Positions 51,701-60,958 of a stretch of 64,000 bases of DNA are shown piece after piece. The number at the start of each line of letters is the position of its first letter. Position 1 is the first letter of the stretch. Origin of the DNA: Candidatus Poribacteria bacterium (GTDB lineage: Bacteria > Poribacteria > WGA-4E > PCPOR2b); contig OZ242351.1 of the NCBI GenBank assembly GCA_965208675.1, forward strand, positions 2,176,001-2,240,000. The letters are read 5' to 3'. A program made the position numbers and the translations under genes. The notes under the pieces were generated by a model. That model worked only from the letters and a program-made list of their open reading frames with translations. It was not told the origin of the DNA and made no database searches.

Positions 51701-52174
51701 GCACAAATCATGGAGGACACGTTGAGCGATTACGGTTTTGATGTTACTTCAACGACGGAAAAATTAGCCAACTATCGTGCTGTTGAAAACACATACCTCT
51801 CGACTTTCCAGACACTCGGCGGGCTTGGGCTGCTTCTTGGGACATTGGGGTTAGCGGTTATTCTATTGCGGAACGTCATCGAACGACGGGGCGAACTGGC
51901 GACCTTGCGTGCGTTCGGCATTCGCCGATTAACCCTATCCATAATGCTTCTCGCGGAAAATGGATTTCTGCTTGCGGTCAGCATACTAATCGGCAGTATT
52001 TCCGCGATTGCGGCGGTATCTCCGCACGTTGTCAGTCCTGCCGGCGCACATATTCCTTGGCTTTCGCTCGCAAGCACGCTGATTGCGGTTTTTCTCGTTG
52101 GAATCACCGCTAGCGCCGTATCAGTTTTCTACGCCCTGCGATCGCCCCTGCTACCCGTACTTAAAGCGGAGTAG
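48713..52174 (+). CDS. Large FtsX-like ABC permease
   Basis: VLTGALLVGDSVRGSL N-terminus, two FtsX TM blocks, ERRGELATLRA.G; overlaps the ATPase gene. Confidence 0.9.
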   Translation: MRRSLIHFWRIHLAVLMGTAVATAVLTGALLVGDSVRGSLRDLTLDRLGGIDYALVTEQFFRAALAADLLNQPVLTEQFEDTAPAILLGGTAVNADTRARASRVQIQGIDERFLNLWTKGEAANLGGFLEKQPGQSFPSVIINRSLQKELNVQVGSPLLVSFERQSDIHREFLLGRRGSSDVVQTLRLTITNIIPNQGLGRFSLDSNQTLPFNAYVHLPTLQKAIGQADSANTVFISQSSHSPDLTTDLLKSLHRGLHQVLKLEDLGLTLRRGNGYFALESKQFLLKPYVIEAANTVASERINQANRTGDSLKILPILTYLANSISTDARRIPYSTVTALNPEHAESLQLADGSPAPALAEDEIFINEWAAADLTAMVGDQISVTYYAMGPREELLTRHAQFRLKGILALDGLAADRGLTPNFPGVHDADDMSDWNAPFPINLSQIRSKDELYWDLFRATPKAFVSEEAGQRLWRSRFGSLTGVWIFPAYRGDVKRTRAEFQEELLEKIQPAQVGLVFQPVKAQGLKAAAGTTDFSMLFIGFSLFLIVSAVLLVGLLFRLGVEGRTGEIGLLLSSGYAVSIIRWRFIKEGCLLAGIGGVIGLGGGVIYAWLLMVGLRSWWLTAVGTPFLALHINPLSFVLGYLIGIFAVLFSICWTVRKFGKLPVRALLAGDTILEDKTAGRIAPILAFGGLGLAASLIIFAVVSGRTSSAPLFFGSGALLLAAGLALFSMRLRTPSNALSRSQKLRIVRMGVRDSARHKGRSMLCAALVGCACFVIVATGANRHSGTRHGLMLQKESGSGGFALTAESDVPLHHNLNTEEGRFELGFSDTDADIVNMAQVIQLRLLPGEDVSCLNLYKPRKPRILGVPAELIERGGFQFQGALATTPEASVNPWRALEVEAESGVIPAIGDYNSVLWILHLGLGEDLIMQNEFGESITLRLVGLLRSSIFQSELLISEANFKKHFPSQSGYSYFLIQPPSGNSAVSEGSGAPEAIAQIMEDTLSDYGFDVTSTTEKLANYRAVENTYLSTFQTLGGLGLLLGTLGLAVILLRNVIERRGELATLRAFGIRRLTLSIMLLAENGFLLAVSILIGSISAIAAVSPHVVSPAGAHIPWLSLASTLIAVFLVGITASAVSVFYALRSPLLPVLKAE

Positions 52175-52616
52175 ATGAGAAAAAACGAGCTAAACGCTGA
52201 GCGGCGGGAACGGTTTCGAGATTAATCGCAAAGTCCTAAAACCCTTGTAGGTTGGGTTGAGCGGAATTGACGAAGAGATGTAGGTGCATCGCGTGCGTTT
52301 TGTGGTTTGAAGGCATTAGGAATTTTGTTTGGGATAGCGTAACCCAACGCTTTTTGTTAATCGAGATGAGTCCAGTTTATCGGAGCCGGATCCAAGTTGG
52401 AAAAAGCGTTGGGTTACGCTTTATTAATTTTGGGAATTGCGTGGTTTCACATTCGTGGCGTTATTATTCCTTAGTTATGTATTTTATATATCCCGCTCAA
52501 CCCAACCTACAGAAGCTACGGAAGCTGCCTGTGCTTAAAGCGGAGTAGATGAGGAATAGCGAGCGCGAAGGCTGAGCGGCGAGAACCGCTTCGAGATCAA
52601 CCGCTAAATCCTCAAA
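52151..52616. repeat. ~90-bp imperfect direct repeat (52151-52241 and 52525-52616) covering the permease 3' end and flanking a REPIN
   Basis: CTTAAAGCGGAGTAGATGAG...GCTGAGCGGCG.GAAC.G.TTCGAGAT.AA.CGC occurs twice. Confidence 0.85.
52247..52510. mobile_element. REPIN/MITE-like non-autonomous element
   Basis: Perfect 18-bp terminal IR GTAGGTTGGGTTGAGCGG and perfect 20-bp inner IR (52336-52355 / 52401-52420). Confidence 0.75.
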
Positions 52617-52648
52617 GCGCCGATGATTTGATGGGTGCGAATTTTCGC

Positions 52649-52677
52649 TTGACAATAAGTTGATTTTAGCGTACTAT
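52649..52677 (+). promoter_or_regulatory. sigma70 promoter TTGACA-N17-TACTAT for the porin/SBP genes
   Basis: Consensus -35, 17-bp spacer, near-consensus -10. Confidence 0.7.
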
Positions 52678-52869
52678 GAAATCCTCTCTATTTGAGCAAC
52701 GCGGCAGGTAATGAAACTGGTGTACACTACCCGATATGGTAACCGAGACGCAACGTTTGCTGCCCCTACCCACGAATTTCACACCAAATCGTTTCGTCCC
52801 AATAACAGTGAAACCAATAACACCTCTCCCACTTCGTTTCTGCGCCAAGGGACTCAAAAGGAGATTAGA

Positions 52870-54096
52870 ATGCAAATACACTTAAGGCGGCATTTGCGGC
52901 TTATCACATTTGCCGCATTGTTAATGGGTTCTACAGTTGTATTTGCTGATCAGACAAAAAAAGGATCGGACATTCATTTTTACGGGTTTCTGCGTATGGA
53001 TGCCGCCTACGATTCTTCACGGTTGAACGACACACAAGTTCCAGCTTACGTTCTCTCTGAAGACCCCAAAGCGCTCGCAGCCAACGGCGTAAAAGCGGCG
53101 CCTAAGAACCAAGACGAATTCACGCTCTACACCCGCATGACCCGCCTCGGCTTTAACCTGAAAGGCGCGAAGGTCAAGGGGATGGGAGCCCCAAAACTCA
53201 CCGGACGCATGGAGGTTGATTTCTATGGTCCGGCGTCGGATTCGCGAAACATGTTTCGCATGCGCCACGCTTGGTTGAAACTTCAATGGGGCGATTTTTC
53301 TGTGCTTGCCGGACAGACTGTTGACCTAATATCGCCGCTCTACCCGATCGCGAATGACGATATGATACTGTGGGGCGCCGGCAACCTCGCAGACCGACGA
53401 CCTCAAGCGCGTTTACAATACGCTATGCCCATTGGCGAATCACGCCTGTTTCTGCAGGGGGCGGCAGGGCTGACCAGCGCGATTGACCGGAAAGACCTCG
53501 ACGGAAACGGCGTGCCCGACGGGGAGGTTTCCGGGCGTCCGACGTTACAGGGACGCGCCGCCTATCGAATGCCGGTCTGGAATACAGACAGTCCTCTAGA
53601 AGTTGGCCTCTGGGCGCACCAAGCGTGGGAAGAACTGGACTCGCCAATTGCCGACGGCGGCGATACAGAATTCCAGAGCAATGTGGTTGGCGTTGATGTA
53701 AAACTGCCGATTTACCAAGACCGCCTTGCGTTGAGCGCCGAAGGTTGGACCGGCAAGAACCTGAGCGACGTTCGGGGAGGTATCTTCCAGGGAATCAACC
53801 CTGAAACCAACGCGGAAATCAACGCGATGGGCGGATTCGCTCAATTGAGTGTGACCATCATTAAGAAGCAGAACTACAAAAACGTCATTTTCTTGGGGGC
53901 ATCGGTCGACAACCCTGAAGACGAAGATCTTAGCAACGGCGGTCGTAGTCTGAACCGTGTCTTTTTCATCGTACAACAGTCGAGTTTCGGGCCCGTGGTA
54001 ATTAACTTGGAGTACCTCAACTGGACTACCGAGTATAAGGGATTCGCAGACGGTACGAGTGACCGGATCAGATTATATGCCGCATACAAGTTTTAA
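52870..54096 (+). CDS. DcaP-like outer-membrane porin
   Basis: Signal peptide; FYGFLRMDAAYD, TRLG, EVDF and RMRHAW motifs; C-terminal Y.F; AAAGGAG RBS. Confidence 0.75.
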   Translation: MQIHLRRHLRLITFAALLMGSTVVFADQTKKGSDIHFYGFLRMDAAYDSSRLNDTQVPAYVLSEDPKALAANGVKAAPKNQDEFTLYTRMTRLGFNLKGAKVKGMGAPKLTGRMEVDFYGPASDSRNMFRMRHAWLKLQWGDFSVLAGQTVDLISPLYPIANDDMILWGAGNLADRRPQARLQYAMPIGESRLFLQGAAGLTSAIDRKDLDGNGVPDGEVSGRPTLQGRAAYRMPVWNTDSPLEVGLWAHQAWEELDSPIADGGDTEFQSNVVGVDVKLPIYQDRLALSAEGWTGKNLSDVRGGIFQGINPETNAEINAMGGFAQLSVTIIKKQNYKNVIFLGASVDNPEDEDLSNGGRSLNRVFFIVQQSSFGPVVINLEYLNWTTEYKGFADGTSDRIRLYAAYKF

Positions 54097-54177
54097 TCGT
54101 TGATGGTCCGCAGAAAAGTTCATTTTTGCGGGCTATCAGGTGTTTTCAAAATTCATAACACAAGAAGGGATTATCAG

Positions 54178-55056
54178 ATGGTATTTTTATTCAAATCGTT
54201 TCAGAAAATAGGAACAATGCTGCTATTAACTATGCTTTGCACTTTCACGGCGTGGGGCGCGGATTTGACCTTCACCGCCATTCCGGACCAGGACACAACG
54301 CGTCTGCAGAAGCGTTTCGGCAAGATTGCCGAGTACTTATCGGAAGAGTTGGGGATTACGGTAAAATACGTACCCGTGAAATCCTACAGCGCTTCGGTTC
54401 AAGCGTTCAAGAACAACGAGGTTCAATTGGCTTGGTTCGGCGGGTTGTCAGGTGTAAAAGCCCGCATCGCAGTTCCGGATTCCGTCGCCATCGCGCAAGG
54501 GGCGGAGGATCCCGACTTCATCTCCTATTTCATCGCCAATACGAGTACAGGATTATCGTTCTCGGAGGCATTCCCGAAAGCCATCCAGGACAAGACATTC
54601 ACATTCGGCTCCATGGGCTCAACATCTGGCCGCCTCATGCCGGAGTATTTTATCCGAGAGGCGTATGGGATGGCGCCCCGGGAAATTTTCAAGCGAGTCG
54701 GGTTCAGCGGAGACCACTCCAAAACCTTAGCTCTGGTTCAAGCCGGCAGCTATGAAGTCGGTGCGATGAATTACAAGGTCTGGCGGAAGGAGGTCGATGC
54801 AGGCAAAGTTGACCCGAACAAGGTGCAGGTGATTTGGCGTACTCCGGGTTACCCCGACTACAACTGGACGATTCGGGGTGATGTCGAGGAAACTTACGGC
54901 AAAGGATTCATCAAGAAAGTTCAGCAAGCCCTACTCGACATCACAGACCCTGCCATACTTGATGCATTTCCGAGATCCAGCTTCATCCCTGCCGATAATT
55001 CGATGTACAAGACTATCCTCGACACTGCTATTGAAGTAGGAATTATTAGAAAATAG
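54178..55056 (+). CDS. PhnD/SsuA-like ABC substrate-binding protein (putative selenate-type subfamily)
   Basis: FTAIPDQD, LAWFGGLSGV, FTFGSMGSTSGRLMP, FSGDHSKT and YPDYNW motifs. Confidence 0.8.
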   Translation: MVFLFKSFQKIGTMLLLTMLCTFTAWGADLTFTAIPDQDTTRLQKRFGKIAEYLSEELGITVKYVPVKSYSASVQAFKNNEVQLAWFGGLSGVKARIAVPDSVAIAQGAEDPDFISYFIANTSTGLSFSEAFPKAIQDKTFTFGSMGSTSGRLMPEYFIREAYGMAPREIFKRVGFSGDHSKTLALVQAGSYEVGAMNYKVWRKEVDAGKVDPNKVQVIWRTPGYPDYNWTIRGDVEETYGKGFIKKVQQALLDITDPAILDAFPRSSFIPADNSMYKTILDTAIEVGIIRK

Positions 55057-55113
55057 TTGGAACCGTTTTGCCAATTTTCAGCAATCCGGCTATGTAAATC
55101 TCAGATTCACGCG

Positions 55114-55128
55114 TAGGTTGGGTTGAAC
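55114..55128. repeat. Single REP arm GTAGGTTGGGTTGAA
   Basis: Matches the left arm of 52247-52264. Confidence 0.55.
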
Positions 55129-55454
55129 AGCAAAAAGTAAATCGCTCTGAAGGCTTCCGTCAGAAGCCCCCGAAAGCCACCAGCGAATCGTGCAAACTAG
55201 CAGTAAAGAACACGATTTAATTGTTGACTTTTTCTCCCATTCTGGAACAGTGCTAATTGCCGGAGAGCTTTCTAGCCGTAGAGTTTACACTTTTGACATT
55301 GACCCAATCTTCGCGGAAATCGCGTTCAGCTGTCTAGCGAATTACCGAAAAACAGGCAAAACTGGCTAGCAGTGTCATAATCCTTTTCCGGTAATCGAAT
55401 CGGATTTACCGGATTTATCCCAATAACCTTCAACCATAGAATGAATTATAAAAA

Positions 55455-58448
55455 ATGGAAACTACTCGGATTCCAGAAGTAAACTTGCGTCCCGGCGATC
55501 AACTGCACGGCTTCGAAGTAAAAGCCGTCACGCCGATTGACGAGTTGCGGGCGGTGAACATTGTATTGACACATCAGCATAGCGGTGCCCGCCTGCTGCA
55601 TCTCTACACAAACGACACTGAAAACCTTTTCTCTATTAATTTCCCAACGCCGCCATCGGACGATACTGGCGTACCTCATATCCTTGAACACGCGGTTTTG
55701 GCAGGGTCACACAGATTTCCGGTTAAAGAACCCTTTTTTGAAATGGTTAAAATGAGCATGGCAACCTTTATTAACGCCATGACAAGCGCCGATTTTACCT
55801 GCTATCCGGTATCAAGCAACGTAAAAAAGGATCTCTTCAACTTAGCAGAGGTCTATTTTGACGCGGTCTTTCATCCGTTATTGACGGAAAGTACTTTCAA
55901 GCGTGAAGGACATCACCTTGCGCCTGTCGATCCCGATGTCCCCGCAGGAGATTTAAAGATAACAGGTATTGTGTATAATGAAATGAAAGGGGCATTCTCA
56001 GATCCAGAAGCTAGGTTATACCGATCGGTGATGTGCAAGCTCCTTCCTGATACGCTCTACGCCTACGAATCGGGCGGCGATCCAGATGCCATTCCGGATT
56101 TGACATACGAGCAGCTCAAAGGGTTTCATGAAACCTATTATCACCCAAGCAACGGCTATTTTGTCCTCTACGGCGACATTCCAACGGGCGAGTATCTTGC
56201 CTTCCTTGCGGATAAGTTAGATAACATCCCGAAAAACGATGGCAGTGATGCCATGCATCCATTGCGGCCGGAGGTCACGCACCAACCGAAGTGGAATGCC
56301 CCGCGGGTTGTAACGGATTGCTATCCTGTCGGGGCGGATGAGCCGCTTACGGAAAAGACGTATCTCATGCTCAGTTGGATTATCGGAGATGCGACGAACC
56401 CAGAAGAGGTTGTCTTGAGTCGAATCTTGAGTCTCATTTTGCTCGGCAATGAAGCGGCACCGCTCCGTAAGGCGATTATTGATTCCAAACTCGGTGCCGA
56501 CATTATATTTTCCGGAGCCAGTTCTATTGGACCCGCAGCCACTTTTGACGTCGCGCTCAAGGGGAGTGAAGCGGATCGGGTTGAAGCGTTTACGCAACTG
56601 GTCAACGACACGCTTACACAGATTGCAGATTCAGAAATTGCTAGCGAAAAGGTGGAAGCAGCATTTCAACAAGCGACCTATCACTATCAAGAGGTCGCGT
56701 CAATGTTCCCGCTCAATATCTACTTCCGTGCCATCCAAGGCTGGATATACGAAAAAGAGCCCGATACCTTCCTGAAGATGGGGCAATGCCTCGCTGATAT
56801 GCACGAACGGTGGCTGGAAAATCCATCAATTTTCAACCAATTAATCCGAGAAAGACTTATCGATAACCCGCACCGTCTGGCAAATATACTATCCCCGGAT
56901 CGGGACATGCAGGCGAAAACGGACGCTGAACTCGTTGAACGGATGAAGGAGACGCGGGCACAGTTGACTGATGACGAAGTCCAGCGAATAGCCGATGATG
57001 CCGCCGAGCTTGAACGCCTTAATGGCATCCCAAATTCGCCCGAATCACTCGCAAACCTGCCGCAACTCCAAGTCAGTGATCTCCCTGAAAAACCGAAACA
57101 TATTCCTACAACGATTGAAACTGTGAGCGGTCAGTACCTGCTCCGCAACGATGTTTTTGCTAACGGTGTTAACTACCTCGTGTTGAACTTCGATCTGCAA
57201 GGATTGCCGGAGCAACTCTGGACTCATCTACCCAGATATGCTGATGCTATTGGCAAACTCGGCGCTGCTGATATGAGCTATGAAGAGATGGCACAGCGGA
57301 CATCTTCAGTCACCGGCGGTATTGGATGCGCACCGTGGTTTTCTACAAACGCTCTCGACCCAAATCGTTCCATGCAGGGTATGTCCTTTCACCTTAAAGC
57401 ACTTGATAACAAAATGGATGCGGCGCTGGATGTCCTGCACGATTTACTTTTCGCTGTGAATCCACGCGATACGGAACGTCTCCGAGATGTCATGATTCAA
57501 GCGGTTGCGAATTATCAGACAGATATGATCCATGACGGCTCAAGTACAGCGATTCATCACGCTTCACGCGGACTCTCATCGAACGCTCATCTTGCTGAAA
57601 CCATCTATGGCCTGCCGCAACTCCGCAATAGCGAAACGTTGCTTGACAGTTTTGACGAACTTAGCACCGGACTTATGCGGCATATAGAAGGGATTCGCGA
57701 TTTCCTGTTAACACGCGGACGGGTAACCGCAAGTTTCACCGGTGCCGATCCTGCGTTTGAAACAACGCGAACCAAACTCAGTGGGTGGCTTGACGCGATG
57801 CGGGATGAACCTGTTACTTTGGGATCAGTTGCGTTCCAGCCGTTTGGAACGCCGCCGCGAGAAGGATTAGCCGGCCCCATTCAGATTGCGCACTGTGCCC
57901 ACGTGATGCCGGCACCGCACTATTCGCATCCGGATTCAGCGTTGTTGACGATCGGTGCCCATCTCATTCGGCTGGATTACATACTGAGCGAGATCCGGTT
58001 TAAAGGCAATGCTTACGGGGCAAGGTTTACCTATAGTCCGTATGATTCGTTGCTGTGCCAATCTTCATACCGAGATCCACACGTCGCACGTACGGTCAAT
58101 GTCTTCGATCAAACCGTTGACTATGTTAAACAGGTGGAATGGACACAGATTGACATAGACCGAGCGATTATCGCTACGGCGAAAGACGGCGAGAAACCGA
58201 TTCGTCCTAGCCAAGCTACAAGCGACGCACTGAGGCAACATCTTGTTGGGCAAACACGCGAAATGCGAGAGGAACGCTACGCACAACTCCGGCGTGCCAC
58301 CCCTGCTGAGGTGAAACGTGCATTGCTTCAACTCTTGGAGGGAAACGGAGATAAGGCTGCGCTGTGCGTCGTTTCGAGCCGTGAGAAACTGGAAGTTGCG
58401 AACAACGAATTGGCGCAACCTCTCGTTATTGAAGACATTTTAACCTAA
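55455..58448 (+). CDS. Peptidase M16C (presequence protease PreP/insulinase family), canonical paralog 2
   Basis: HILEH..L.GS..FPVKEPF, TFINAMT, VYNEMKG, SGGDP, EIRFKGNAYG and SYRDP motifs. Confidence 0.95.
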   Translation: METTRIPEVNLRPGDQLHGFEVKAVTPIDELRAVNIVLTHQHSGARLLHLYTNDTENLFSINFPTPPSDDTGVPHILEHAVLAGSHRFPVKEPFFEMVKMSMATFINAMTSADFTCYPVSSNVKKDLFNLAEVYFDAVFHPLLTESTFKREGHHLAPVDPDVPAGDLKITGIVYNEMKGAFSDPEARLYRSVMCKLLPDTLYAYESGGDPDAIPDLTYEQLKGFHETYYHPSNGYFVLYGDIPTGEYLAFLADKLDNIPKNDGSDAMHPLRPEVTHQPKWNAPRVVTDCYPVGADEPLTEKTYLMLSWIIGDATNPEEVVLSRILSLILLGNEAAPLRKAIIDSKLGADIIFSGASSIGPAATFDVALKGSEADRVEAFTQLVNDTLTQIADSEIASEKVEAAFQQATYHYQEVASMFPLNIYFRAIQGWIYEKEPDTFLKMGQCLADMHERWLENPSIFNQLIRERLIDNPHRLANILSPDRDMQAKTDAELVERMKETRAQLTDDEVQRIADDAAELERLNGIPNSPESLANLPQLQVSDLPEKPKHIPTTIETVSGQYLLRNDVFANGVNYLVLNFDLQGLPEQLWTHLPRYADAIGKLGAADMSYEEMAQRTSSVTGGIGCAPWFSTNALDPNRSMQGMSFHLKALDNKMDAALDVLHDLLFAVNPRDTERLRDVMIQAVANYQTDMIHDGSSTAIHHASRGLSSNAHLAETIYGLPQLRNSETLLDSFDELSTGLMRHIEGIRDFLLTRGRVTASFTGADPAFETTRTKLSGWLDAMRDEPVTLGSVAFQPFGTPPREGLAGPIQIAHCAHVMPAPHYSHPDSALLTIGAHLIRLDYILSEIRFKGNAYGARFTYSPYDSLLCQSSYRDPHVARTVNVFDQTVDYVKQVEWTQIDIDRAIIATAKDGEKPIRPSQATSDALRQHLVGQTREMREERYAQLRRATPAEVKRALLQLLEGNGDKAALCVVSSREKLEVANNELAQPLVIEDILT

Positions 58449-58479
58449 CTTGTTTATGGGTGCATACCTTCGCTTGGTC

Positions 58480-58510
58480 GGCGCGGTTCAAAACCGCGCC
58501 GCCTTTTTAT
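58480..58510 (+). terminator. Rho-independent terminator-like hairpin after the M16C gene
   Basis: GGCGCGGTT-CAA-AACCGCGCC followed by GCCTTTTTAT. Confidence 0.65.
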
Positions 58511-58801
58511 TTGGAAATGAATGGAATTGAATCGGACTTTGAATATGAGCCATGCAAAATTACGCGTTTACCTTGAACGCCTATTTCATCGGTTGGAACG
58601 GGGAAACCAAGGATTGTTGCGGGTTCGGTTGGAGGGGCCGTAGCGGTAGCATTGACAAAGGCGTGGTTACCAAAGTGCAGTAAGTCGGGTTGAAGGATAA
58701 AGGGCGAATTGACGTGAGCTATCAATTTTCCGGGTTCGTTCTGACAATGCATACAGATTTGAAATGTTGACAGTCGGAATATATGCCAAAAGGCAACTCA
58801 T

Positions 58802-60958
58802 ATGAACGAATTTCTTAAGCTATTGCTCCCATGGTGGGGGTCTATCAACTGGATTGCGGACGGTTTTATTTCCGTCATTGTGTCATACGCTTTCGTATCG
58901 GTTGTATGGTTTTGGGTGAAAACCTCCTTTCGATGCAGGTTAATTGATGATTTGACGAACGAAGCACGCAAACACGACAGACCTGTTCAACCATCAATTA
59001 AACAGGAATTAAAAAGCAAGTTTGATCGCAACAAGGAACTCACAGACGCCTGGCGGGAGTTTGAGGATTCACTCATAACACGAAATCATAATGAAAATCA
59101 GATGGTATATAAAACAGACGAAGCATCGCTGTTTTTCAGCGAGGAACGTCTGTTGGATCAACATTTGAACCTTCGATTCTGGAATAGTGTACCCGCTTTA
59201 CTGGTGGGATTGGGGATTCTTGGCACATTTGTTGGCTTAGTCTGGGGGTTGATACCGTTTTCCGGGATTAACTTTGAGGAGACTAGCCAAATTCAGGTAG
59301 CGATTAAAAAACTTCTATCGGGTGTATCTACGGCATTTGTAACCTCCGTTTGGGGTATGCTAACCTCGCTCGCGTTCAACGGATTGGAAAAATGGCGTAT
59401 CAGCCGCGTAAGTCAATCAATTGCGAATCTGCAACGCGAACTAGATCGCCTATTCACACTGACAACACAAGAAGAAATCTCGTTTCGACAAGAGGACGAA
59501 CTCGCTCAACAGACACAGGCGTTAAAGTCATTTTCAACAGATTTGGCGAACGATATTAAAAGTGCGATGGCGGAGGGTAGACAACAGATACTCACTGAAC
59601 TTCAAAACGCTCCTGAAGCATTTAGCAATGCGATGGTGGAGCAACTTTCACCGAGCTTAGGTAAATTGAACAGTGCAGTCGAAGAATTGCGTGAGCAAAA
59701 AGAAGAATCTTCTATGGATGCTATCGGACAACTCATAGAGCAATTTCATGAATCCCTGTCCACATCAACAGTGACACAAATGGAAGAACTTGCGAAGACG
59801 GTTGGCAGTGCGAGTCAAAGTCTGATGAATTTGCCCGCCCAAATGACACAGATGATGGGCGAAATGCTCAACGCATTACAGGGAACGATTAATATACAGC
59901 AAGAGAGCTTGACTGAATCAACTAGCAGTATGAATGTGCAGATGAAGCAAGTCGCTTCTGACATAAGCAATCTATTGAAATCGGTGGCAAACCGCGCGGA
60001 CGAGCAATTAGGACAACGGGCGGCAGATATAGAGACGGCTTCTAATCAGAGCATTGGAACACTCCAAAGTACGATTGTTCAACTGCAACATTCGATTGCT
60101 TCTATTGCCTCACAAACCGCCGCAGAGTCTGAAGCAATGACGAATCGGATGCGCGAACTAATGGAATTCGCGGCTAATCGAACAGATGAGCAATTGAGCC
60201 AACGAATGGCTGTTATCGAAACAGTTTCTAATCAAAGTGTTCAAACGCTCGAAGACATTATTTCCAAATTGCAGCAAGCAATTACCTCTACTACTTCACA
60301 AGCAGCAACAGACTACGCAGCAATGGCAAATCAGATGCATGAACGCTTTGAACAGACGGTTACTCGACTTGGTGAAAGCGTCGTAGATGTTGAACACAGT
60401 GTCCGCAGGCTTTTGCAACAACAAAGCCATCAGACAGAGGCAGTTAATGAACAACTCAGTGGCTTGCAGGAGATACTGGCAAGAGGGCGGGAAATGTTGC
60501 AAGGGATGAACGCGAGTGTAACCGGCATCCGCCAGTTAATTGAGGCGACGCAAGCGTTTTCAAGGCAACTGACCGGCGGAGCGGACAGGCTGGAGCAGGC
60601 TGGACAAAAACTGACACTAGCAAGTGACGCATTCAACCAAGAAAACGAAAAATATCTCGCGGCAAACCGTGAAACGACGGGACGAATCCAAGCTGCAGTT
60701 GGGCATCTCAACGACTCTGTGCAACGCTTCCAAACGGTCGACAATGGCTTGCGAGGCATTTTTGCAGAAATTGAGAAAGGGTTGAATACGTACGCCACAA
60801 CCTCCCGCGAATCTATCAATCAATATCTTAGCGATTTCTCCGATCAGTTGGCTCAAGCATCAAGAGCCCTCTCTGGCAGTGTTGAAGCACTGACAGACAT
60901 CGTTGAAGACGTGACCGACATGAATGAGCGAATGGCGCGTCGAGGTGGTAGCAGATAA
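58802..60958 (+). CDS. zorA: Zorya anti-phage protein ZorA (MotA-like TM region plus long coiled-coil tail)
   Basis: W.EFEDSL, PALLVGLGILGTFVGL and TAFVTSVWG motifs; ~500-aa heptad-rich tail; translationally coupled to a MotB-like gene. Confidence 0.9.
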   Translation: MNEFLKLLLPWWGSINWIADGFISVIVSYAFVSVVWFWVKTSFRCRLIDDLTNEARKHDRPVQPSIKQELKSKFDRNKELTDAWREFEDSLITRNHNENQMVYKTDEASLFFSEERLLDQHLNLRFWNSVPALLVGLGILGTFVGLVWGLIPFSGINFEETSQIQVAIKKLLSGVSTAFVTSVWGMLTSLAFNGLEKWRISRVSQSIANLQRELDRLFTLTTQEEISFRQEDELAQQTQALKSFSTDLANDIKSAMAEGRQQILTELQNAPEAFSNAMVEQLSPSLGKLNSAVEELREQKEESSMDAIGQLIEQFHESLSTSTVTQMEELAKTVGSASQSLMNLPAQMTQMMGEMLNALQGTINIQQESLTESTSSMNVQMKQVASDISNLLKSVANRADEQLGQRAADIETASNQSIGTLQSTIVQLQHSIASIASQTAAESEAMTNRMRELMEFAANRTDEQLSQRMAVIETVSNQSVQTLEDIISKLQQAITSTTSQAATDYAAMANQMHERFEQTVTRLGESVVDVEHSVRRLLQQQSHQTEAVNEQLSGLQEILARGREMLQGMNASVTGIRQLIEATQAFSRQLTGGADRLEQAGQKLTLASDAFNQENEKYLAANRETTGRIQAAVGHLNDSVQRFQTVDNGLRGIFAEIEKGLNTYATTSRESINQYLSDFSDQLAQASRALSGSVEALTDIVEDVTDMNERMARRGGSR

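Noticed and set aside
52267-52548. 93-aa ORF ending LPVLKAE
   Set aside because: It lies inside the REPIN; the tail comes from the duplicated permease end.
58507-58752. 81-aa minus-strand ORF upstream of zorA
   Set aside because: No recognisable motif or RBS; cannot be supported, though it may be a gene remnant.
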